A DNA stretch of 64,000 nt from Candidatus Latescibacterota bacterium (GTDB lineage: Bacteria; Latescibacterota; UBA2968; UBA8231), in the NCBI GenBank assembly GCA_965200315.1, contig OZ241362.1:736001-800000 (forward strand). The letters are read 5' to 3'. The translations under genes and the position numbers were made by a program. Shown in pieces: positions 29,464 through 38,185 of the stretch (positions are counted from its first letter, which is position 1; every line of letters starts with the position of its first letter). Under the pieces are notes generated by a model. The model searched no databases. It saw only the letters and a list, made by a program, of their open reading frames with translations, and was not told the origin of the DNA.

Positions 29464-29901
29464 TTACAGGTCTATATCAAAAGGAAGGGTGTCGGCGAGG
29501 TCTTCCATCGGCGGGAAATCCTCGCTGTTTTCTGGGTTCCAAAACTCCAACTTGTCCAACGCGCCAATAATGACCATCTGATCCGTGATGTCGGCCTTGT
29601 CCAGCAACTTGCGCGGAATGCCAGCCCGCCCTTGCCGGTCCAGCTTCACTTCCGCCGCATGCGAGACCATAGATCGGACGAAGGCCCGCGCCTCGCGTTG
29701 GGTAGTAGGTAGGCGCAAGAGCTGTTCGGCTTTCGCCTCCCACTCGGGCCGGGAGTAAGCCACCAAGCAGTTGTCGAACCAGCGCAGCACCACCAGCGTA
29801 TCGTCGGCTTCTGGCGGCAGTTTCTTGCGAAGTTCCGCCGGCACAAAAATTCTCCCTTTGTTGTCAACGGGCACCTCGTATCTGCCCAAAAATTGTGCCA
29901 T
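29464..29901 (-). CDS. mraZ: transcriptional regulator MraZ
   Basis: DNKGR and DRQGR motifs; first dcw gene. Confidence 0.95.
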   Translation of the reverse strand: MAQFLGRYEVPVDNKGRIFVPAELRKKLPPEADDTLVVLRWFDNCLVAYSRPEWEAKAEQLLRLPTTQREARAFVRSMVSHAAEVKLDRQGRAGIPRKLLDKADITDQMVIIGALDKLEFWNPENSEDFPPMEDLADTLPFDIDL

Positions 29902-29930
29902 TTAATGCCTGCGCCAAGTCAAAATCTCCC

Positions 29931-29960
29931 TTTCCACCACTTTCCACCACTTTCCACCAC
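29931..29960 (-). promoter_or_regulatory. MraZ binding boxes, 3 x GTGGTGGAAA
   Basis: Three perfect 10-bp repeats just upstream of mraZ; fits GTGG repeats at 10-bp spacing known for MraZ operators. Confidence 0.85.
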
Positions 29961-30150
29961 TAAATCCAAAATACACCGATCTCAACGGGACTGCAAGCAC
30001 ATTTTTCCATCATTTTTTTATATTTTTCAGATAGATACGGCCATTTCAAGGACTGGATACACTAATTTGTGTTTATATGCACACTGATTTGTGTTTATTC
30101 CGATTGTTCTCCGCTCTCTTTAAGCATCGCCCATGTTGTCATTTTGGCAC

Positions 30151-30189
30151 AAAAAAAGGGCGGACCACCGTGTGGTCCAACCCCTTTTT
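30151..30189 (-). terminator. intrinsic terminator after trmB, possibly bidirectional
   Basis: GGACCAC/GTGGTCC stem flanked by A7 and T5. Confidence 0.8.
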
Positions 30190-30206
30190 CGCGTTCAACA
30201 CAGAGC

Positions 30207-30812
30207 CTACGCCACCAGCATCTTCTCCACGACGCGGCGATAGATGGGCTTGCCCTGTGCGAGAAACTTGTCTTCGTAATTGGTCCGCGCCCCCAGCCAC
30301 TCGGCATCCACCTCCACTAGACACGAGCTGGTTGCCAGCACCGCGAGCATGACCTCGAAATAGTCGGCGTAATCCGTGGCTAGCCACAACTGCCCACCCA
30401 CGCACAACGTGCGCTCGACTTCGCGCAGAAACTCCTCGTTAAAGAGCCGTCGCTTGTGGTGCCGTTTCTTGGGCCAAGGATCGGGAAAGTAGATGTGATA
30501 GGCTCGCACCGATGCCGCGGCCACGAAGAATTCGACGAACTCCCGGGCATCTACATGGGCGAACCGCACATTGCCGAGGTTGCGGCGCACGGCGCGCTGG
30601 CAGGCCATGCGCACGTATTTGGCGGCCCATTCGACCCCGACGAAATTCACTGTAGGCTGACGGCTGGCTGCGTCGATGATAAAGCGCCCTTTGCCAATGC
30701 CGATTTCGATCTCCACCGGCTGGTCGTTGCCAAAAACTTCCCGCCAATCCAACGTCGGATCCTGGTCTGGATTATCCGGTAACGCCAAAAAACCCGCCCC
30801 GTTCTGCTCCAT
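30207..30812 (-). CDS. trmB: tRNA m7G46 methyltransferase
   Basis: EIGIGKG, FPDPWPKKRHHKRR, TNYE. Confidence 0.95.
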   Translation of the reverse strand: MEQNGAGFLALPDNPDQDPTLDWREVFGNDQPVEIEIGIGKGRFIIDAASRQPTVNFVGVEWAAKYVRMACQRAVRRNLGNVRFAHVDAREFVEFFVAAASVRAYHIYFPDPWPKKRHHKRRLFNEEFLREVERTLCVGGQLWLATDYADYFEVMLAVLATSSCLVEVDAEWLGARTNYEDKFLAQGKPIYRRVVEKMLVA

Positions 30813-30885
30813 CAAATTCTCCGCAAAGAAAAGGCGCTCCCCTAGGTGCAAGGGAGCGCCGTATAAACAACCCTGCGAATCGAGA

Positions 30886-32073
30886 TTAACCTGCGGCCTC
30901 GCTGTGCGAAGGCAAGCCGCAAAACTGCTCGTAGTCAATCAACTCGGTGACGGTCGGACTATCGCCGCACACCGGGCACTCGCGGTCGCGGCGGAGCTTG
31001 AGTTCGCGGAATTTCATCTCCAGCGCGTCGTAGAGTATCACCCTCCCCACCAAGGAGGTCCCCTGTGCCAACAGCAGCTTGACGACCTCGGTGGCCTGCA
31101 CTAGCCCGATGATGCCGGGCAAGACCCCTAAGACCCCACCCTCGGCGCAGCTTGGCACCTCTCCGGGCGGCGGCGGCTCGGGATAGAGGCAGCGATAGCA
31201 CGGGCCGTCCCCGGGCACGTACACGGTGGCCTGGCCCTCAAAGCGAAAAATGCTACCGTCAACCACGGGCTTTTTCTGCATTACAGCCGCGTCGTTGACC
31301 AAATAGCGGGTCGGAAAGTTGTCGCAGCCATTGACCACGATATCGTAGCCATCCATGATCGCGAAAATATTGTGCGATGTCAGCATCTCGTAGTGCGGGT
31401 GTATCTCAATGCCGGGGTTGATGTCGAGCAACCGGTCGCGGGCGGCCTCGACCTTGGGCCGGCCGAGATCGGACTCGCCGAACAGCACTTGCCGCTGCAA
31501 GTTGCTCTTATCGACGACATCGGCATCTACCAAGCCGATCTTGCCAACGCCAGCCGCGGCCAAGTACAGGGCCGTCGGGCAGCCCAAGCCGCCCGCCCCC
31601 ACCAACAGCACCCGGCCCTTGAGCAACTGCTGCTGACCCTTCTCCCCGACCTCGGGCAGGATGAGATGCCGGGCGTAGCGCTGCGAGTCCTCTTCGGAGA
31701 GCAGACCGCCTTGCTCGATTTGATAGCCGGCGTCCTTCCAGCCTTTGATGCCGCCGATCATGGACTTGGCGTTGCTGTAGCCCATAAAGGCCAAATCGCG
31801 CACGGCCAAGGCCGAGCGGTTGCCCCCGGCGCAATAAAGCACGATTTCCGCGTCGCGATCTACGGTCACGTCTTCTTCGATGTTGAGCTCTAAAAAACCG
31901 CGTGGGATCAACTCGGCCCCGGGGATATAGCCGTCCATGACCTCTTCCCGCTCGCGCACATCTACGACGTGAACCGGCCGGCCGGCTTGGAGGGCCGCTT
32001 GGACTTCGGCCGGCGTTACTTCGGCGATTTCGGCCTTTACGCTCTCTAATAGCTGATTAGATGTAACAGTCAT
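30886..32073 (-). CDS. moeB: rhodanese-MoeB/ThiF adenylyltransferase fusion (rhodanese N-terminal)
   Basis: YCAGGNRS rhodanese loop; GAGGLG, SNLQRQ, CYRC and CPVC. Confidence 0.9.
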   Translation of the reverse strand: MTVTSNQLLESVKAEIAEVTPAEVQAALQAGRPVHVVDVREREEVMDGYIPGAELIPRGFLELNIEEDVTVDRDAEIVLYCAGGNRSALAVRDLAFMGYSNAKSMIGGIKGWKDAGYQIEQGGLLSEEDSQRYARHLILPEVGEKGQQQLLKGRVLLVGAGGLGCPTALYLAAAGVGKIGLVDADVVDKSNLQRQVLFGESDLGRPKVEAARDRLLDINPGIEIHPHYEMLTSHNIFAIMDGYDIVVNGCDNFPTRYLVNDAAVMQKKPVVDGSIFRFEGQATVYVPGDGPCYRCLYPEPPPPGEVPSCAEGGVLGVLPGIIGLVQATEVVKLLLAQGTSLVGRVILYDALEMKFRELKLRRDRECPVCGDSPTVTELIDYEQFCGLPSHSEAAG

Positions 32074-33251
32074 ACTCGCTCCTCGATTGCTAATGCACAG
32101 TCGCGCACCTGCGCGACCTGCGCGACCATGCAGTCGATGGCAAATTCCACTTCTTCCATACTATTAAAACGCCCTAACCCAAAGCGCAGAGAAGCTCGCG
32201 CCAAATCATCGCTTGCGCCGATGGCTTTGAGGACGTGCGAGGGTGCGCTCGTCCGCGATGAACAAGCCGCACCCGAAGACAACGCGATCTCCCGCAATCC
32301 CAAGAGCAGCTCGGTTCCGTCCACCCCAGGAAAGCTCACGTTGAGATTGCCCGGCAGGCGTTCTTCCGCGTGACCATTGACGACCAAGGGGCCAAGCGCA
32401 GCCTCTAGCCCGGCGCACAACCGCTGCCGCATCTGCACCAGCCGCGCCGCTTCCGCGGGCATTTCCTCGCGCCCCAACTGACAGGCACGCCCTAAACCGA
32501 CGATGCCCGGCACGTTGAGGGTGCCGCCACGCAGGCCGCGCTCCTGTCCGCCGCCCTCGACTTGGGCCTGCAAGCGCACGCGCGGCTTGCGCGAGCGCAC
32601 GTAGAGGAAACCGACGCCTTTGGGAGCGTAGAGCTTGTGGCCGGAGGCCGAGAGCAGGTCAATGCCGAGCGCCTCTACATCGAGCGGCACCTTGCCAACG
32701 GCTTGGGCTGCGTCGCAGTGCCACAAGACGCCGCGCTCGCGGGCCAATCGCCCAATCGCCGCGAGCGGTTGCAAGACCCCAATTTCGTTGTTGGCGGCCA
32801 TGAGCGAGATGAGGGCCGTCTGCGGCGTGATGGCCGCCGCGAGCTGGCCGAGGTCAATCTGACCGTAGCGGTCCACAGGTAAATAAGTTACCTCCACCCC
32901 TTGTTTTTCCAAGGTGTGGCAACACTCCAAGACGGCCTTGTGCTCAGTGGCACAGGTGATGATATGCGCTTTAGGGGGCACCATCTGCACCGCGCCTTTG
33001 ATAGCCAAATTGTTGGCCTCTGTAGCTCCGGCCGTAAAGACGATCTCCTGAGTGCGCGCACCGATTAACCCGGCCACCTGTTCCCGCGCCTTGTCGACCG
33101 CGGCGGCGGCGGCCAAACCAAAGGCGTGGGTCTTGCTAGACGCATTGCCGAAGTGCGTACCAAAGTACGGCAACATGTCCGCCAAAACGCGCGGGTCCAC
33201 CGGCGTGGTGGCCATATTGTCCATATAAACTGGAATTTGCACGACCGTCAC
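32070..33251 (-). CDS. iscS: cysteine desulfurase, group I
   Basis: DNMATTP, SGHKLYAPKG, SSGAACSS. Confidence 0.93.
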   Translation of the reverse strand: MTVVQIPVYMDNMATTPVDPRVLADMLPYFGTHFGNASSKTHAFGLAAAAAVDKAREQVAGLIGARTQEIVFTAGATEANNLAIKGAVQMVPPKAHIITCATEHKAVLECCHTLEKQGVEVTYLPVDRYGQIDLGQLAAAITPQTALISLMAANNEIGVLQPLAAIGRLARERGVLWHCDAAQAVGKVPLDVEALGIDLLSASGHKLYAPKGVGFLYVRSRKPRVRLQAQVEGGGQERGLRGGTLNVPGIVGLGRACQLGREEMPAEAARLVQMRQRLCAGLEAALGPLVVNGHAEERLPGNLNVSFPGVDGTELLLGLREIALSSGAACSSRTSAPSHVLKAIGASDDLARASLRFGLGRFNSMEEVEFAIDCMVAQVAQVRDCALAIEERV

Positions 33252-33575
33252 TCAGGCACTGAAGGACTCACCGCAGCCGCAGGTGGTGCGGGCGTTGGGG
33301 TTTTCAATTTTAAAGCCCGCACCCATCAACCCGTCTTGGTAGTCGAGGATTACGCCGTTGAGATAAAGGCTGCTCTTCATGTCGATGAAGACCTTGACGC
33401 CGGCGATCTCAAAGACATGGTCCATGTCGCCGGCACCTTCCTCGAAATCGAGCTTGTATTGGAACCCTGAACACCCCCCCCCCATCACGCCCATGCGCAG
33501 CCCATGCCCCTCGTTGCCCTGTTCGCCGAGCAAGTCCCTGATCTTCTCGGCTGCCGCTTCCGTTATAGTTACCAT
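33252..33575 (-). CDS. iscA: A-type Fe-S carrier (IscA/ErpA)
   Basis: GGCSGFQY, CGCGESF. Confidence 0.92.
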   Translation of the reverse strand: MVTITEAAAEKIRDLLGEQGNEGHGLRMGVMGGGCSGFQYKLDFEEGAGDMDHVFEIAGVKVFIDMKSSLYLNGVILDYQDGLMGAGFKIENPNARTTCGCGESFSA

Positions 33576-33586
33576 ATTGTATCCCC

Positions 33587-34048
33587 TCAAGATTCGTAAA
33601 TGGCGCATTCGATGAGGTCGGGAACCTCGTCGTGCCGCCGATAGACCTCGCAGTGGTGACAATCCCGCTCAACGACCTTGACCGTACAGCAAAAACAGCC
33701 ACTGAGAATTTCAATGGCCCGCCGGTTCCGCTCCTTCATCAGCGAATACTGGCGAATGCGCTCGTCGATCCGACGCTCTTGCTCGGTGAGGTGCTCGACG
33801 AGCTCGCGCGCCAAGCCGCCGCCCGACTCGTTGTAGTGCTTCAGGTTGAAGAACACGCGAATGTGCTCTAGATCGAACCCCAAATTTTTGAGGCTTTGGA
33901 CGATTTGCAAACGGCGCAATTGCGCTTCCGAATACAGGCGGAACCCGCCGGTGGTGCGCTCTTCTGGCTCGACGATTCCCAGTTCTTCATAGTAGCGAAT
34001 CGTGCGCGGTGTGACCCCGGCCTTGGCGGCCAAATCCCCTATTTGCAT
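33587..34048 (-). CDS. MerR-family regulator with Cys-rich C-terminus
   Basis: IGDLA...RTIRYYE...GGFRLY wHTH; tail CFCC-x8-CHHC-x14-C. Confidence 0.9.
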   Translation of the reverse strand: MQIGDLAAKAGVTPRTIRYYEELGIVEPEERTTGGFRLYSEAQLRRLQIVQSLKNLGFDLEHIRVFFNLKHYNESGGGLARELVEHLTEQERRIDERIRQYSLMKERNRRAIEILSGCFCCTVKVVERDCHHCEVYRRHDEVPDLIECAIYES

Positions 34049-34081
34049 GGAGGCATCCTTCGCTGCGAAGTTCTGGCAAGC

Positions 34082-34110
34082 AATGTACTTGACGTGAACG
34101 TAAGTGTCAA
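34082..34110 (-). promoter_or_regulatory. sigma70 promoter with overlapping dyad (putative MerR operator)
   Basis: TTGACA-17bp-TACATT; spacer CTTACGTTCACGTCAAG is an imperfect dyad; also TTGAC-N12-GTCAA. Confidence 0.7.
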
Positions 34111-34197
34111 TGAATCAACCACACACAAGCCTCTTATCCTATATTCTATTAAAATATGTCAAGCCAACATCTCCGAAAGAGCGAGGATATAAGCGCA

Positions 34198-34758
34198 ATG
34201 ATCGCATGCATTGCATTCTGTCTAGTCTGGTTGACCACTCCCCTAGCGGCTACTACAGTCCAGCACTTCAACCTAGCGGCCTTGACTGCCAACTCCGAAC
34301 GCATCGTCGTCGGGGTCTGCCGCCAAGCCCAGCCCCAATGGGTGCGCGGGCAGATCTATACCCGCTATGTGTTCTCCATCTCCCAAGCCATCAAAGGGCC
34401 AGCGACCACGCAACTGGAATTGCACCTGCCCGGCGGACATCTGCAAGACACTGTTACCCGCATCGTCGGCATGCCCATCTTCGTCCCGGGGGATGAAGCC
34501 GTGCTCTTTCTCACCGCGGCAAACGCATTGGGACACTCTTGGCCGGTCGGACTCGCTCAAGGACGCTTCGCCATCAAGCGCAGCACAACCAACAGCCCAC
34601 GCGTCTTTCAAGAGTTAGACGGACTTGCGCTGCACACCGAGCCACACAGCGCCCCCAAAAAGGCACCGCCCGACGAACCCGTCCAAGGTATGCCGCTCGA
34701 TCAGTTTTTGGCGCGGGTGCGCACCCTGACCGAAGCCCAAACACCCGATGCGTACTAG
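34198..34758 (+). CDS. secreted hypothetical protein
   Basis: Signal-peptide-like N-terminus; LPGG...GMPIFVPGDEAVLFL; overlaps next gene. Confidence 0.7.
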   Translation: MIACIAFCLVWLTTPLAATTVQHFNLAALTANSERIVVGVCRQAQPQWVRGQIYTRYVFSISQAIKGPATTQLELHLPGGHLQDTVTRIVGMPIFVPGDEAVLFLTAANALGHSWPVGLAQGRFAIKRSTTNSPRVFQELDGLALHTEPHSAPKKAPPDEPVQGMPLDQFLARVRTLTEAQTPDAY

Positions 34759-37246
34759 CAGCTTACTGCTTGGCTGCCTGATCGTCGCCATGCCTAGCCA
34801 CGGCTTTCTCATCCAGACCTTTGAATCCCGGTTTGGCAACCAAGTCCAGCAGAGCTGGCGCCACCCCGACCGCATTCCCTTTGTGCTCCACGCCGCCGGT
34901 TCCGACGACCTATCCCCTGCTCAGACCCATGCGTTGCTCCGCGAGAGTTTTCAGGTCTGGAGCAACGTACCTACGGCACGGGTGAATTTTGTCGATCAGG
35001 GCACAATCCGCAACGTCCCAACCCAAGGAGATGGGCGCAACCTGATCTACTTCGACGAGACAGGACGCTATCTGGACGCCCCGCCCGAGGCCGGCGTCAT
35101 TGCCATAACCCGCATCCAGTCCCATTCTGCGACCGGCCACATCACGGACGCGGACATCATCTTTAACGGGCGCGATTTCCGCTTTTCCGCTAGCGACGAC
35201 AGCGGCAACCTCAAAGACGTGGCCGTCCACGAAATCGGCCACCTGCTCGGGCTTGAACACACCCCGCTCGACGGCCCCCCGCCTATCCGCCCCACCATGA
35301 CCCCCTTCAACCACAGTGAAGCGCAAAGCCTCGAACCCGATGACATCGCTGGCGTCAGCTTCCTCTATCCGGCCGTTGGCTACCAAGACAGCGTCGGCAG
35401 CATCGCCGGCCAAGTCCGCAACTTCGACCAACAGCCACTCTTCGGCACCCATATCAAGGCCGAAAACCTCGACACCGGCGAACTGTTCAGCACCGTCTCG
35501 GGTGCCGACCCAAGCTCCGTTACGGTCGGCCACTACCGGCTGCACGGCTTGACGCCGGGCCGCTACCGCCTGAGTCTCGCGCCCATTGCCGGGGCGATTA
35601 ATGAAGAGAACTTCGGCGGTGTTTTCACTGATTTTGCCACTGGATTCCCCGCGGAGTTCTACGACAACGACCACGACCACACCTACGCCCGCGTCCTCGA
35701 CTTGGCCGCTGCCCAGCACATCGGCGATGTCGATTTCATCTCCGATTTTGCCGTCCCCGGCTATCCCTTCGTCCTCCCCATAGCCCTGCTCACCAACACC
35801 CCCGATACCCAAGGCCCTTATCCAGTGCGCGTCGCAACCCGCGATGCTGTCATCGCGTGGCTCCTCTATCAGGTTGACGGCAGGAACACACAGCGCCTGC
35901 AAATGCAGCCGCAAGACAGCCTCTTCGTCGCCCAAATTCCCGGCCAGCGCACTGGCACGCGCATCGCCTATCAACTCGAAGCCCACGGTGCCGACGGCAA
36001 GGTCTCGTACTTTCCCTATGCGGACGCTTGGCTCGACTTCACGGTCGTCGAACTGACCGGAGCCCCACTCGCCTTTACCGCCTTGCGCGGCGACGATGCC
36101 ATCGGCGTGGTCGATACAGGTACCCGCCGCGAGCTAGCGCGCATCCCCGTCGGCGACGAGCCGATCCAAATGATCCTAGCCGGCGACCAACTCTTCGTGT
36201 CCAACCTCTCATCGAACGATCTCCGCATCATCGACACCGCGACCTTCCAAGTCCAAGCGCACATCGAGACCGCGGTCCAGCCCCTCGACCTAGCCCTTGC
36301 ACCCGACGGCAAAACGCTCTACGCGACCAACTCGGGCGCGAATGCGCTGACCATCGTCGATGTTGAGTCGGGCCAAGTGCGCACCGTTGAGATCGCCAAC
36401 GCGGGTGAAGGACTGTACGGCATTGCCGCCACGACCGACAAGATATTCACCACCGACATCGCTGGCAGCCAAGTCCTCGTCCTCTCGCCGCAAGGCCGCA
36501 TAACCGGCCGCATCCCAGTGCCAGCGAAACCGCGCTCGCTTGCCCTCGCACCCGATGGCAAGACGCTTTATGTAACCAGCATGGACACGGGCCGCTTGAC
36601 TGCCATCGACGCCGACGGCGCAACCGTCGCGCACACCATCGACTTAGGCGTCAGCGGCACCTTTGCCATCGCGGCCAGCCCCGACGGCCGCAAGCTCTAT
36701 TCGACCGCGTATCGCGAAGGCGCCCTCCTAGTCGTCGATGCGGCCAGCGGAACCCTGCACAAAAAGCTCGCCATAGGCCGCAATCCACGGGCCATTGCCT
36801 TCGCGCCCGACGGTACGCAGGCGTACGTCACCAGTTCCTTTTCCAATGAGATCCACATCGTCGATGCCGTGCGCGACTCCGTTGTCGGCCACTACGCAAC
36901 CGGCCAGAATCCCCGCGGCATCGCGCTTACCCAGCCGGTTCGGCCCACGACTACAGTCCGACATCCCACCCACTTCTCCCTAGCACCAACCTTCCCCAAC
37001 CCTTTCAACGGCTCGACGCAAATCACCTACACACTCGCCGCCGAGACCCCGGTCGAGCTCCACGTGTACAACGCCCTCGGCCAAGCCGTGCGCACTCTTT
37101 TGCGTCAGCAGCGGGCGGCGGGGACGCATCGGATTTATTGGGATGGAAAAGACGATCAAGGACGGGCGCTGGCCAGCGGCACCTACTTGCTCATCATGCG
37201 CGCCGGCGCGGTGCACCAAACGACGAAGATGTTACTCCTGCGCTGA
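34748..37246 (+). CDS. secreted matrixin-like metalloprotease with YVTN beta-propeller and FlgD-Ig/T9SS-type C-terminal domain
   Basis: HEIGHLLGLEH, Met-turn PTM, (A/S)PDG(K/R) repeats, FPNPFN...WDGKDDQG..LASGTY. Confidence 0.85.
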   Translation: MRTSSLLLGCLIVAMPSHGFLIQTFESRFGNQVQQSWRHPDRIPFVLHAAGSDDLSPAQTHALLRESFQVWSNVPTARVNFVDQGTIRNVPTQGDGRNLIYFDETGRYLDAPPEAGVIAITRIQSHSATGHITDADIIFNGRDFRFSASDDSGNLKDVAVHEIGHLLGLEHTPLDGPPPIRPTMTPFNHSEAQSLEPDDIAGVSFLYPAVGYQDSVGSIAGQVRNFDQQPLFGTHIKAENLDTGELFSTVSGADPSSVTVGHYRLHGLTPGRYRLSLAPIAGAINEENFGGVFTDFATGFPAEFYDNDHDHTYARVLDLAAAQHIGDVDFISDFAVPGYPFVLPIALLTNTPDTQGPYPVRVATRDAVIAWLLYQVDGRNTQRLQMQPQDSLFVAQIPGQRTGTRIAYQLEAHGADGKVSYFPYADAWLDFTVVELTGAPLAFTALRGDDAIGVVDTGTRRELARIPVGDEPIQMILAGDQLFVSNLSSNDLRIIDTATFQVQAHIETAVQPLDLALAPDGKTLYATNSGANALTIVDVESGQVRTVEIANAGEGLYGIAATTDKIFTTDIAGSQVLVLSPQGRITGRIPVPAKPRSLALAPDGKTLYVTSMDTGRLTAIDADGATVAHTIDLGVSGTFAIAASPDGRKLYSTAYREGALLVVDAASGTLHKKLAIGRNPRAIAFAPDGTQAYVTSSFSNEIHIVDAVRDSVVGHYATGQNPRGIALTQPVRPTTTVRHPTHFSLAPTFPNPFNGSTQITYTLAAETPVELHVYNALGQAVRTLLRQQRAAGTHRIYWDGKDDQGRALASGTYLLIMRAGAVHQTTKMLLLR

Positions 37247-38185
37247 CTCTACTGATCCGACAAACCCATCGACACTGAAATAGCGGAATCCCGTATCGCA
37301 AAGCATGGTCACCAGCCGGGCCTCCGGGCCCAGAGCACTGGCCACCTGCAAACTGGCCGCCACATTGGCCCCAGAAGAAGGCCCCAACAGCAACCCTTCC
37401 TCGCGGGCTAAGCGGCGAGTGCAGTGAAACGCCTCGTCGTCGTCTATCTGCACGATCTGGTCAATCAATTCCCGGTCGAGGACTTCTGGCACAAAACCCG
37501 CGCCAATCCCCTGAATGCCGTGCAAGTCGGCTGCGCCCCCCGCCAGCACGGGCGAGCGCTTAGGCTCGACCGCTACTATACGCACGTCCGGCACGGCCTG
37601 CTTAAGCACCTCCCCAACGCCGGTTATGGTGCCGCCAGTCCCCACTCCGGCGACAAAGGCGTCCAACTCGCCTCTGGTGGCCGCGAGGATTTCCTCGGCC
37701 GTGGCCCGGCGATGGGCCTCCGGGTTGGCCGGGTTAGCAAATTGCTGGGGAATAAACACGCCTGCGGGATCGGCCGCCTTCATCTCTTCGGCCCTGCGGA
37801 TGGCCCCGACCATGTCTGCGGCCGCCGGCGTCAGCACTATCTCTGCGCCGTAACTAGCCATGACTTGTCGCCGCTCCAAACTCATGCTCTCGGGCATGGT
37901 CAGCACCAGTCGGTAGCCTAGTACGGCCGCGGCGAGAGCCAGTGCGATTCCGGTGTTGCCGCTGGTAGGCTCGACGATGGTCATGCCCTTTTTGAGCTGG
38001 CCAGTCGCCTCGGCGGCGCGGATCATGCTAACGCCGATGCGGTCTTTGACGCTGCCGGTTGGGTTGCGCGCTTCGAGCTTGCCGTAGAGCTGGCTGCCGT
38101 TGGCCGGCGCGACTCGGTAGAGGCGCACGAGCGGCGTGTCCCCCACCAACTGCAACATATCGTCTGCGGTCTTGCGCTTGCTCAT
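37232..38185 (-). CDS. cysK: cysteine synthase A
   Basis: [26 protein letters not shown]; ATGA overlap with yyaL. Confidence 0.95.
   Translation of the reverse strand: MSKRKTADDMLQLVGDTPLVRLYRVAPANGSQLYGKLEARNPTGSVKDRIGVSMIRAAEATGQLKKGMTIVEPTSGNTGIALALAAAVLGYRLVLTMPESMSLERRQVMASYGAEIVLTPAAADMVGAIRRAEEMKAADPAGVFIPQQFANPANPEAHRRATAEEILAATRGELDAFVAGVGTGGTITGVGEVLKQAVPDVRIVAVEPKRSPVLAGGAADLHGIQGIGAGFVPEVLDRELIDQIVQIDDDEAFHCTRRLAREEGLLLGPSSGANVAASLQVASALGPEARLVTMLCDTGFRYFSVDGFVGSVESAQE

Noticed and set aside
29931-29960. 10-bp triple repeat as a novel element
   Set aside because: Explained by the known MraZ operator
30145-30160. TGGCAC as a sigma54 site
   Set aside because: No GC at the -12 position; it borders the terminator
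36290-36830. Recurring CCCGA(C/T)GG repeats
   Set aside because: Coding repeats of beta-propeller blades
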